This document shows, piece after piece, positions 21,345-32,880 of a stretch of DNA of 32,880 nucleotides. The notes beneath the pieces were generated by a model. It was not told the DNA's origin and searched no databases. It was given only the letters and a program-made list of their open reading frames with translations. Each line of letters begins with the position of its first letter. Within the stretch, counting starts at the first letter, position 1. The position numbers and the translations under genes are program-made. The DNA lies in NCBI GenBank assembly GCA_051294375.1, contig JBJCIZ010000423.1, positions 1 to 32,880 on the forward strand, given 5' to 3'. Origin of the DNA: Paraspadella gotoi (taxonomy: Eukaryota > Animalia > Chaetognatha).

Positions 21345-23750
21345 AACAATTTAAGAAGCCCCATAAATACCAATGCATTTTAGAAAAGTCTCCTGATACC
21401 TGCAAGTTTCTTGTTGCCAAATTTAGTGGAGAAAACGAATACACAATAACAAATTTCCCCGAGGCTCTTTTGGATTTTCCCACGCCAGTTTTGCGTCGTA
21501 CCACTTCCGGTTTTAAAAATTCAAAATTGTTTAGAAAAAAATGAGCTGTTATTCAGCCACAGTACTTAAATTAATCAAAATAAAGTTATTAATAACCCTT
21601 AATGCCTCATTTATTGTTGTGGTGTTATAAAGTAAGGTTAAAAATTATTATTAAACAAAAGACTTAAAATTAGAATTATTCAGTTTTTTTTTAAGCCAAA
21701 TCGTGCCTGACTGGTGGGAATGATTCCTGGAGGGTTTCCTCATTTCGTGAGAAACATTGTTGAGCAGCTGCTAATTTCGACTTAATATTAAACTCAATTC
21801 ATATAAATCAAAAGATAAAATAGAATATGACTTTAATTAGTTTTCAATATCCCATAATCATTGCGAAAGACGTGCATCAGAATGACATGAGAGCTAATAA
21901 CGCAGCAACAATAGCAGTAGAACCGAATGCCAGCAACAGTAGCACAGAGCCAAAGCAAGCAACCATAGCAGCAGAAGCCACACGCAGCCGACAGCTCAAC
22001 TACATAAAAAGCCATAAGAATTAATTTACCATACACTTCAACTAATTTCACAAATATCATTAATACCTTGATGGTCTCAGAGGCAATCTCCGAAAAATTA
22101 AGATTTACATCTCCCTTTTTATATACAAGGACACGAATTAATTGACAACCAATGAGAAGAGATTCACATTTTAAGAATAAGATCAAAACATTCTACCTAT
22201 TATTATTATACCAATGTAGAGAACCAGATAATCAAATTCAAGTATAAATTCAACCAATAGAGACATTAACAGAAGTATTGGAGTCATCAATTAAAACTTT
22301 AAACCAGATTATTTAGAACATTAAAAAATAAAGGTCAGGGCTCAAACTTCAGAACAAAAGCTTTATAAACTCTTTAAACTGACCAAATTCAATAAGATTG
22401 TTAAGAAAAGTTAGATTTGGTATACAATAAACTCTCTAAGGGATTTAAATTATAAATACTTAAGCCAATAATTGGCCTTCTAAAGTTTGCCAATGAAGCA
22501 AAAAGAAAGTAGCTAATTAGATAAAAGGCTTAGCCTTGGGCTAGCAACCTCGCACTCAAACAACACCCAGTCACCCTTAACCCCTCCCCCACACCTAAAC
22601 ACTTAGCTCATCCTTTATGTCATTGCAACCTCAACCCTTATCTTAATGTTCCCAGGTACAAGATAGAACCATAAGCTAACACAAAATATAATTTGCCAGG
22701 TTTCCTAGTGATTAAGTGCAATATGGAACCAGCTCAGAAAAAGATAAAAGCTTGTTAAGTTAGGGAAGCTATTGGAGGAAGAAATTAAGATTAAATGTTT
22801 AGCCTTAATTTAATGCCAGGAGGCAGGGATCCTGAGTTGAGGCTCAGAGGTGAAAACACTCAGCGGATGAAGGTGTTGTGGAAAGTCTCTTAAGTGATGC
22901 AGGGTTAGGTTCTGCATGATATAAAAAGGAGCCTAGGTTAGGGTTAGGGCTAAGGAAGTGGCTCTCTGCAGATGTACAAGCAGGAACTGTAACGAGTTTG
23001 GATCCAGGGACTGGTTTGGGGTTGAAGGGTTCAGCAGGAAGTAACCTAGCTTGGGTTAAGGTTAGGGGAAAGGTTGCTCGGTAAGATTCAGACTTGGGTC
23101 GAGACAGAAAAGTTCACAGTAGGGTTTAAGGGCCTAGGTTAGGTAGATATCCAAGCTAGGTTTGTTTAGGGCCGGTTTAGGGTGAGGTTAGTGAGAGGCT
23201 TGCTAGCTGCCAAAGAGGCCGAATTCGCCTTCCATCTTATTCGTCTACTATTAATTTTGCTCAACTTGTAAACTTTTTTAAAGGTCAATATCTTGTTTAA
23301 AAAGATTAAAGATTGTAAAATCCCTTGACAGTTCTATTGTGTTAAACCAGATAGTAAAAATTTTGTATTAAAAATTAGTGAGTAGTTTGATTCAGGCCAT
23401 TTGCGCTTAAAAAATTATAAATTTTAACTTGAAGCCTTTTGTAATGAATATTTATAACCTAATTTAATATAGAAACTAAAGACAAAGAAATGTAATATAA
23501 GGTATTGGTAACTTTTACTTTTGATTAATTTAAAGTTCATGCTGGCTGAAACAGCTCATTTTTTTCCAAAAACCTAATTAAACCGCGAAGTGGTACGCAA
23601 AAACAGCGTGGAGATCCATAATGAGCGTGCCAGAATAAAAATTTTAGTTGGGTGATTTCGATTTTCTCGCACTGAAAATTGGCACACAAGAAACTTTGCC
23701 AGGTATCAGGAACTTTCATAAAATGATGATCATTTGGGAGGTCTATAAAT
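21345..23750. mobile_element. Element bounded by diverged ~370-bp inverted repeats (foldback/DNA-transposon-like)
   Basis: 21345-21712 is the diverged reverse complement of 23390-23750, e.g. TCCTGATACCTG, AAAAAAATGAGCTGTT, TAAATTAATCAAAA, GTACCACTTC. Confidence 0.7.
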
Positions 23751-24234
23751 ATGGCCTACTGCGGTAAAATTGTATAAGTTATGCGTATAATGTTTTTATA
23801 CATTAATGTTCATTAGTATAACGTGTTCGTTCCTCACTTGTTAGAATTTTAATTAAAGTTAAATTTAGAATTTTACTGACGCCTTATTATATAATGATTC
23901 AAGAAAAAGAGAAGGAAGACAACGACTGAAACGACGACGATGATTCATTCAATCCCATAATTTCCTGTTCTGTCTCCTGTCCTGTCCTCTCTCTCTCTCT
24001 CAAAAAAAAATCCAGATGCGAGAGTCTACTCATTAACAAATAAAATATGAGAAGTAAATTAAATCGAAAGAAATAGATAAATTAAGTATACCTCAATTCT
24101 AACGATATACCTAATCAAGCAATAAATTATAAAATGAAATCGGAATCGAAAGATCAAAACAATAATGAGAAAGTCTGAAAATCTTATTAATTTCTAAAAA
24201 ACCTGAATATGAACCTCAAATTCATAAAACAGTA

Positions 24235-24412
24235 CGTAAATTTCTGAATCTTGCCCAACCTGAAAATCCTGAACTCTCCTGACTGTGGATCCTTGACCCT
24301 CGGGCTTATCGTCCAACACTCGCCGAACATCGCGCCCGATCAGAATGCAACAGTGAAATCGCAAGAGATGTATTCGGAGTTGCACACCTTATCTGGCGGT
24401 TCGTTCCCTTTA
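24235..24412 (-). CDS. Candidate internal exon of an unknown gene
   Basis: Pyrimidine tract and TTTCAG acceptor, then KGNEPPDKVCNSEYISCDFTVAF*SGAMFGECWTISPRVKDPQSGEFRIFRLGKIQKF and a possible GT donor; one in-frame TGA. Confidence 0.35.
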
Positions 24413-25099
24413 CTGAAATTTGGTAAGGTGGGGGGAGAGAAATGAGAAGGGAAAGAGTGAAGGAAATCCCCTCATTATTCGTATCATCTTTAGGGGTCGT
24501 TTTTCTGTTCTCGTCTCTATGTGCTCGGCCCTTTTGGAGCCGTCATTTTCTTGTGCACCTTGACTTTCATAATTTTTTGTGATCGACTTTTTCAGTCGTC
24601 TTTTTAGAACCGACATCCTTGAAACCTTGCTCGTCTGGAAACCGTTATTTTACGAGGTTTTCGCGACTTATTTTTTTGTCACGTTATAGTCACTATTTCC
24701 CACGGTCTGTCACCTGAAATAAACTTTAGACTTTTGGTAAATTCTCGTTTGACACTCAAGCGCAGATAAAGTCGGGAGAATCTTGTCAAACAATTTTTTG
24801 GACGAGCGACTCTGCTAAAACGAAACGCCCGACCGCGCAAGCATGTCGAGACAGAAGTTCTCTACTAAGAAGACAAATAAAGGAACTATGTTTTTTCCAA
24901 GAGTCTGTAAAAAAATCAACTAATCCGAAATTTAAAATAAATGGGGCATCTGGAAAATGAGGCGGACAGTGGGTGAAAGCAAATAAATTCTTGATAAGAG
25001 ATTCAATAAAGTCTGTTGAGTAATTTTATGTAGCTCTATATTTATGCGAATCTTTTGTTATTCTCCTCATTAAATTTTTATTAAAAAAAATACGTTAAG

Positions 25100-25850
25100 A
25101 CTTAATTGCGTCATTGATGAAAATGAAATTCCCAAAGCATTAATTATCTTTCGAGGCACTCCTGGAACAATTATCTTTGAATAATGTAATGTCTCTAAGC
25201 TCCCGAAATATTTTTTTTTGACTGGAACAGGAAAGAAAAAAGGGTTTTTTAATTTAACTAGCGCGAAAAGTGTAAAACAAGTTTCTGCTTATTCAACTTT
25301 GGGGAGGAATTCAAACTTCTGCATCAATAATTAAGAAAAGAGCCCCATTTCAGAAATCTTTTAGATTTCATAAGGATAGTATTATATATTAAATATTAAT
25401 ATAAATATAGTAATTGAAGAGAGAAAGAATTAGAGGGAGAGAGAAAAAGAGGGAGATGAAGGGAAGGGGGATGAAACAGAGAACAAATAGACAAAAACAT
25501 AAAAATTAACAAATTAATAATAATAACAGCAGAAAAATATAGTCAAAAGATGTCTTGTTTTTAATAATAGTGTGGGAAATTAGGGTATACTTAAAATAAT
25601 ACATGCTTATTAAGTATCGGGCTGATTTTATAACTATAAAACATGAAAAAAATTTACTATTTTATCTATAGAATCAAGAATACTGGAGTCTTAAATTGCG
25701 CATTCCTCGAAACTATTCATTAGTTTTCAAAACCACTCCTCGGAGCAATTAACTTTAAGCCAATTAAAATTTAAGCTGCAGATTATTCGACGTTGAAGAA
25801 AAAAATGTTTTAATTACTGCGAAAACTGTAAAACGAATTTTTTCGCCTAA
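25100..25850. repeat. Diverged direct repeat pair (~25100-25290 and ~25690-25850)
   Basis: Shared CTTAA(A)TTGCG, CACTCCT(C)GGA.CAATTA and GCGAAAA.TGTAAAAC in the same order. Confidence 0.55.
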
Positions 25851-25869
25851 TCGGTAGTTGCTTGTTTAT

Positions 25870-27080
25870 GGAATTGTAGGAAGTTGAGAGAAGGGAGAGA
25901 CAATGTGGACGGAGAGAGAGAGAGAGAAGAGAGGGAGGGTAGTAGAGAGAGAGAGATGAGAGAAGAGAGAGTAGTTGCTGGTTTAGTAAATGTGGAATGG
26001 AGAAAAATGGAGAAGACAGTGAGAAAGATGGAGAAGGAGAGAGAGATAGTTCTGGTTTCGTAATTGTGGAATTGAGTGAATGAGAGACAGTGGAGAGAGA
26101 GAGAGAAGAAGAGAGAGAGAGAGAGAGAGAAAGAAGGGAGGGAGAGAGAGAGAGAAAGAAAGAGAGAGGAGATAGTTGCTGGTTTAGTAATGTGGAATTC
26201 GATAGAATGAGAGACAGTGGGAGAGTAGAGAGAGAGAGAGAGAGAGAGAGTAAAAAGAGAGGGAGGAGAGAGAGAGAAAGAGAGAAAGAGAAGAAAGAGA
26301 AAAGAGAGAAGATAGTTCTGTTTAGTAATTGGGGGGAATTGGAAGAGAAGGAGAAGACAGTGGAGAGAGAGAGAGAGAGAGATGAGAGAGAGAGAGGATA
26401 GTTGCTGGTTTAGAGTAACATTGTGAATCTGCAGCAGAATCGGAGAGACAGTGGAGAGAGGAGAGAGATGAGAGTAGAGAGAGGAGATAGTTGCTGTTTA
26501 GTAATTGTGGAATTGAGAGAAGGAGAGAACAGATGGAGAAGAGAGAGAGAGAGAGAGAGAGAAGAAGAGAGAGAGATAGTTTGCGGGTTTTTAGTAAATG
26601 TGTGAATTGAGAGAATGGAGAGACAGTGGAGGGAGAGAGAGAGGAGAGAAATAGTAGAGGGATGGGAGAGAGAGAGAGAAAGAGAAGATGAGAGAAGAGA
26701 GCTTAGTTGCTGGTTTAGTAATGTGGAATTGGAGAATGGAGAGACGTGGAGAGAGAAGATGAGAAGAGAAGAGAATAGTTGCTGGTGTTATAAATTGGTG
26801 AATTGAAAGATGGAGACAGTGGAGAGAAGAGAGAGAGAGAGGAGAGAGATAGTTGCTGGTTTACGTAATTTTGGAATTGAGTAGGAATGGAGAGACAAGT
26901 GGAGGGGCAGAGAGAGAGATAGAGAGAGAGGAGAAGAGAGAGAGGAGAGAGAAGAGTAGTTGCCTGTTTTAGTAATTGTGGGAGTTGATTAGTATTGGAT
27001 GCGACCAGTTTGGCAGAGAGAGATAGAGAAGTAGAGAGAGCAGTACGAGAGAAAGAGAGAGAGAGAGGAGATGAGAGAGC
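25870..27080. repeat. Composite satellite: ~50-bp core alternating with variable (GA)n, about 11 units
   Basis: Core TAGTTGCTGGTTTAGTAATTGTGGAATTGAGAGAATGGAGAGACAGTGG recurs every ~75-140 bp. Confidence 0.9.
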
Positions 27081-30000
27081 GGACTGCTTACCTACCCAAA
27101 TTCAAAAAGCGAAGTTATCTAAAGGCGTTTTCCGATATCTTTTCTGAATAATAATTTGGTCATGTTTATCCCTCTCTGATCCCAAGTGACATGTTTGCTG
27201 TGTATTGTCATCACGATGCCGACTAAGATTCCCGCGTCGCACGTGCAAAGCCGTATCCAGCCTACTCCCGGTCTCCTCTCTGCTTCTCATTCTCGCTCGA
27301 TTATCTGGCCCAGGGAAAGAAGATCACACTAAAGAAAGAGATGAGCAGCACCACGCCAGAGGAGCGTAGAGTATTGAGAAGTAGAGATTGAGAGCAGACC
27401 GACACTCAGGCACACAACTACAACATTCAAATATGTTTTCTTTCAAAATTTAATTCATATATTTAACTTTCGCATAATTCGTTTACTCAAGTCGTCTTTG
27501 CACCTCATCTTACCGATTGAACCTCCCCACTATTTATCCACACATACTCACATCTCGCCTCACTCACGAGAGAGCGTCTCACAGCTCCTGCACGGACTGC
27601 AGTGCGCCCAGAATATACTTGCTCTCCATCTTCTCCGTATCGCCACATCTTTTAACTTCCGCTGATCGAATTAACATTCCACAACAAACCATAAATGTCA
27701 ATAGATACAATAAGATTAATAAATATATATCATTTTTAAAGAGTTACCAATCAATATGAAGGGTGAACTTTCATCTATCTTTAGAAAGACAATAAATCTA
27801 TAAATTATGGTCAACACGATATGTTCCTATTTAATGATGCAATATATTAAACATCTATTAGTCTAAGAGCAACAGATAATTAATTCGATATAAATATTTT
27901 ATTTAATCTAGAGAGATGATAATTATAGCTCACTTCCTACTTGTGACTCTATTAATTAATGTATTATGCTAACAGTAACAAATATATCTCAATCCTACGC
28001 TCTACAAAAACATATCACTGAGAGATCCGCCCTAATGATAATTCCCATTCTTGCGAACAAAATGTAGTACCTGCACCAAAAACTAATAGCTAAGCTCGCG
28101 GTCCTTCCCCACGCTGGCCTAACATAACCCGAATTCGCTCACAAATCGGGTCCCACCACCACAGACAAACCTCCCTGCCTATCTTCTCCTTTCATACTCC
28201 ATGAACCTACTATCCGTCCACACAGTGCCCCATCAACACTGTTTCACAACTCCCGCCACCTGTGCAGTACAAGAAAGAAAGCCTCACAGAAAGTTGGGTC
28301 AGCTGAAGCTTCGGGACACGACTGTCGTCTCCCCACATGTGCAATGTCTGCTGTTGGTGCTGTCTCGGTCGTTCTTTAGTTGCGCGCCGTTTGTACTCGC
28401 GACACTCTCACTTAGTCACTCTGGTTGTTTTCGTCGTCGTCGTATATCTCTGCTTCGTCCGGTCTTGTCCAACTTACATTAAATACCTGCCATAGAATTC
28501 CCTCCTATATGATTTATCTCCGCTATTTTGTTCAGACAGGAAAAAACCCTAATCCTTAAGGGACTGCTATGGCTCCGCCCTTCAAGAAATTCTAAAACTA
28601 TTACCACAACACACACCAAGATTGTTATTCTCATTGCAGTGTGTGTCTTAGAAGTTTCTCCGTAGTCCATGTAGTGCATTGCGTCATGTTACAACTCAGT
28701 ATGCTCAATCAGACAATATTACACTCGCTCACTAAGGGCAGGTTACTTGCGGTCCGCAAAACACAGCTCAAACCCCTCATTTGATAATAATGCTTTCTGG
28801 TCGCCCACAATTTGACTAAAAAGCTACCATTGCAATACTATTTGCCTTGCTCCTCCTCTGTATATCGTTTCCGGGAATTTCTACTGTTCGCGTCCGCTTC
28901 TGCTTCCATCTTTAACTTGTTTCTCATTGCACTTCTTCTCTCATTGTCTCGTTACTATCTCTTCCCGTCCGTTTTTGTTTGTAGTATGTCCGGTTAAACT
29001 TCTATGAAATTGGTACCACACTCCATATATTAAAAATCAACCAGTCTTTTAATAAGAAACTCAAGCCTTATCTTGTCATTAGCAGTTTAGACCATCCAAT
29101 TGCAGAGAAAGTTCTATTTCCCTCTCTTTCTCACCAGGCTGAAGGCTACTATATCTTCGCATACTCATGACTGGCTAACTCGTGCGGCATCGCGTCGATT
29201 TTCACTCTTGCCTCTTGTGACCACAGCGAATTTTGATTATATTTGTAAGTATCTAATCCTCGTAGACGAGCTCGGCCCGAGGGACGGACTAAGGTAATGC
29301 ATGGCAGGAGGCCAGGAAGAGCGAGTGACTCGTTCTGAATCACTCTAACCGGCATTTCTCTTTTTATATTCAGTTTTTTTTTTATTTGTTTCACGACATT
29401 TATACCTCTTTCGACATATTGACTATTTTTTTCTTAGTTACCCTATCATTCACTGTTTGTTTCACCTTACACTCCATCTTAACATATATGTACATATCTC
29501 AGAGTCAGGCATTTTGTCTCATATCCATCGACAAGCATTCATCGAATTACACACTAAAATTCCCAAAGCTCAGAAGATTTACTACAAATAAAACATAATC
29601 CACACAGCAAGTAACACTTTACTCCTAATAGCTTTACATCTTTAGATTAATTACACTTCATAACATAGTCGAGGTAACGAACATATCTTTTACTTACTTT
29701 CACACACACCATGTGAGATAACCCAAATTTATCAACTAATATTACACTCTAAACGTCAGCTAACGTCCCAATATTATACTAGTCTCAAACCTAATCCATG
29801 TCTATATATACTCTCAACACTTTCATGCAAGATTTTAAGCAGATAATTGACTCGCTCACACAAAGTTACTAAAGAAGAATACAACTTCTTTCGAAAACAC
29901 TCTCTCTCCATTATAGTGGCGTCAAAATTAGAAAATACACACCTATATTTCACATGAACATTCTATGAAATAAACTCTATCATATTTCTAAATATCACGT

Positions 30001-31399
30001 TTTTTCAATTTTTAAGCAGCCACCTACAGAACATAATGTTCTTACCACTCCACTTATACTCTCCTCTCTAATCAACTGTTGACGAGCAATCAAAATTACA
30101 CGAAAAGCGTTTTCATGATAATTTCGATTTATAAGAGTAGTACTGATATATATCAATATAGCCTACTGCACAACACTAAAAAACATTACAAATTATTTTT
30201 CCTCTCTAACAAATGTTAAACTTACTTCACCATGCACAACTTGTGTTCACTTAATTATCTTTTCTAAGAATTTTTCGTCACTAACTTTCAACCTACGGCT
30301 TAACATCAACAAGTAGCTACCAAAGCACACAATCTATATATATTATATAATCACAAAACATGTATATCCCGAGCAGATCTATATATTACGACATATACAG
30401 ATACTCTCCTCTAGCAATTACATTGCTAACTCTTTCTAACTGGCAGCGAACATCTTTTGAAATGTTAAATCTCAATCACTTTAAATCAATTTTACTTAAA
30501 CCTTACACTCTTTAATCTCTAATCGCTTAATATGTCACACTCTCTTCAATAATCTTCTTTAAGCACGTGAAACCTAACCTTCACACCTTGCCAAAGCGCT
30601 ATCCTTTCGAGTTATTTCGCTCGTAAGCCGATATACGACCGAAGCTTCTTTCAAGTGTCTAATCAATCTGCTTGGAAAAGCCTGAAAGGCCTCAACTATC
30701 AATTGTCTCTCATACCCACTCTCCTCCAACAGTGTCTCATCTCCACCATTTCTCTCTAATTTCCACGACATGAAAAGAAGACAGAGAACTTTGTTTTCTA
30801 TTGTTATGTGTTATAAATTTGATCTTTCCAGTTAGACTTTCAATATCCTATTCGATAAATCTGCTTGACATTTTATAACATTACTACGCTATATAGGAAG
30901 CAATTCAAATCGCAAAGTTTTCTTAGGCGGAGTACTTTTTTTTCTCACATTTAACAAAGCTAGACAATTTTTCTTAACGGTACTGATTATTTAAACATTA
31001 ACTATTCTGTACGTCCTTTCTCTCTAGCAAGTTTCATTTTGATCAGTCACAGTGTAATTACACGGAAAATTAATTGTACATGGAATTATCAGTTCAAGGA
31101 AGTATCATTATTCTTAGCTTCACTTAAATCACAATCAATAAATCGAGACGATTCTTCTTAACCATACGATTTTCAATCGCGTGATATTTATGAACCTAAC
31201 TAAATAGCTCCCATGAAAAAAAAGATAGTGCTGTGAACATTTTAGTTCTATCTCGTCATTCGAGAAGGTCGCGAAAAAGACCAAAAAAAATGCAATATGA
31301 ATCAAATCTTGATTACATTTATTCTTTTTCTCACTTTGCGACAAGACAAAATTCCGAAGTTAAGTAAATTAAAAAATAAAAGTCAGTGGAACGCATCTG

Positions 31400-31741
31400 C
31401 AAGAGGAATCTAGACCCGAAGTCGAAATGGAATCGGCGAAGCGAGCAACTCCGCCCGGAAGTAAAGGAATGGAACATTCTCATTGGTGTGAAAAAAAATG
31501 GGCATCGGCTTCAATGGCCAGATGGGCTTCTTTCGCGCGGTGAAGACATTTTTTTTTTTTTCTTTTATCCATTGCCGCTAGCAAGAAATCCGATGATCCG
31601 ATGCAGGTATAAAATAGGAACTCACAGACTTGTATTTGATTCACTCTGCAATAAATTGTATTGACACGAGTCTTGTTATTATTGTCTTAATTCCCACTGA
31701 AAGAAAAAAAATGAAAAAATCCCCACTATTTTGGTGTTTCG
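31400..31741 (+). mobile_element. Putative 5' LTR and primer-binding site of a Gypsy element
   Basis: TATAAAA 31608-31614, AATAAA 31650-31655, then CA..TTTTGGTG at ~31724-31736 just upstream of gag-like sequence; left boundary uncertain. Confidence 0.4.
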
Positions 31742-31829
31742 TCCCTAGAAATCCCTGTCTATTTACTTAAATGGGTCCGAAACAGGAGTGGTAATTTCGA
31801 TACAACCACGAGTCTCCAACGAAAGAAAC

Positions 31830-32745
31830 CAAGCTCTACGCCCCAAAAGAACCACGCCACCCTTCAAGACGAATGATTCAGCCTCGCCCCAACGATCCGA
31901 CCTGCAAACCAGGATGGAGAAAGGGAGAGCGTAGACGACGCCATCACAGTGCGCCGCGCCAACACAAAGACGGTAGCAGCAGCGCTGCGACATCGAAGTT
32001 CCACACATTCGAACTCACGCGACTACTTGCAGAAGCACACTGCCATCAGCAACACACAGCAGAGCTCACCCTCACCAAATGCTCAAAAGATCCATACAAC
32101 GATGTCATTACACAACAGGCAAGAGGGCTGTCCTCAAAGCTCGCGTCAAGGACTGTGAGGGCCCCGGCCTGGAATCTAAACATGTGACGATCTCGCGACA
32201 GATGAAAGAATTGATATGAGCCAAGTCAGCCAGCAACAGCCAACGAGACTTAATGAAAGACGTCAGGCAGTATGGCCAAAACCACGACCTCCCAAAGAAT
32301 CTACCACCTTACGGCGACGCCGCCCGCCATGATGCAACCCAAGAACCCTTCTCAGACAACCCACGACCAAAACTTTGCCAGAATGTTCCGCGTTAGGAAA
32401 CACCATCGAGAGTGGAATGGAGCGACCCACCCTCATATTCCCGTCTGAGGCAGCCAATAAGAACCGAGAAAGAGGAGCCGACGAAATCTCCGGCCGAAAT
32501 TCCTGCAGGAGTTTTTACGAAAGCCTTCAATGGTGGGGAGGACTCACCGACACCAGAGTAAGTGGTCAAGCAACGCGCGCCCTTTCTCGCCAGGAGACCA
32601 AAGTCCGCGCAGCCGATACGTCGAGCCTATAATGCCAATCTAATGTGTGCTGGGGCTAAGGGCATTCTGCGAGGGTTCCACCATAAGCATTACCGAGGCC
32701 CCTCCCGAGGCGAAAAATCGAAGGTCGACCCTGCAGATTCACGCA
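31830..32745 (+). mobile_element. Gypsy gag, heavily corrupted by read errors
   Basis: Motifs in the expected order across frames: PPF, VAAAL..RDYL, KDPY, RQMKEL, W..R(L)P, and a GIC..FHHKHY..EAKN..PCRF knuckle at 32661-32740. Confidence 0.6.
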
Positions 32746-32880
32746 AATATGGCCTGGCCGCTGTCATATGCCGCCAGGAGAATTTCGAGGCAGTTCAAGG
32801 GAAAAAGATAGGTTCCATCCTGACTGTCGCACAAATGCTCGTGAAGCCCTGAACCCTAACGTGCCCTGAATCCAACGTCG

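Noticed and set aside
23040-23065. CCCAAGC twister L4-like motif on the minus strand
   Set aside because: No P2, P3, T1 or T2 partners; lies in telomere-like repeats
26090-26806. ER-rich ORFs and a CRISPR-like look of the composite repeat
   Set aside because: Spacers are just (GA)n, the context is eukaryotic and there are no cas genes
27100-31380. Short ORFs, and a possible foldback copy of earlier sequence (14-bp match CTCCCTGCCTATCT to the satellite at ~28172)
   Set aside because: No recognisable protein motifs and no extended reverse-complement match; the sequence is too noisy to interpret

Overview
AT-rich eukaryotic (probably invertebrate animal) genomic DNA. It behaves like an uncorrected long read: indels are frequent and quality collapses after about 26 kb. 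There are no intact long ORFs. Contents: GA/CT and CGT microsatellites; a 4.8-kb array of a 71-bp satellite; smaller tandem repeats; Ty3/Gypsy remnants (an RT fragment and a noisy LTR+gag at the right end); a frameshifted, intron-containing gene whose N-terminal part resembles Gypsy Gag; and a long inverted-repeat element containing telomere-like repeats. The main discovery is a dense set of self-cleaving ribozyme folds. Three sequence-divergent twister ribozymes, all in the P5 circular permutation, lie at 6823-6903 (-), 10659-10737 (+) and 16213-16288 (+), with covarying pseudoknot pairs. Two of them sit immediately 3' of tRNA-derived Pol III heads, suggesting 'tRNA-twister' SINE-like elements. 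Five degenerate Penelope-type minimal hammerhead motifs are also present. All structures were assigned by eye and need covariance-model and biochemical confirmation.
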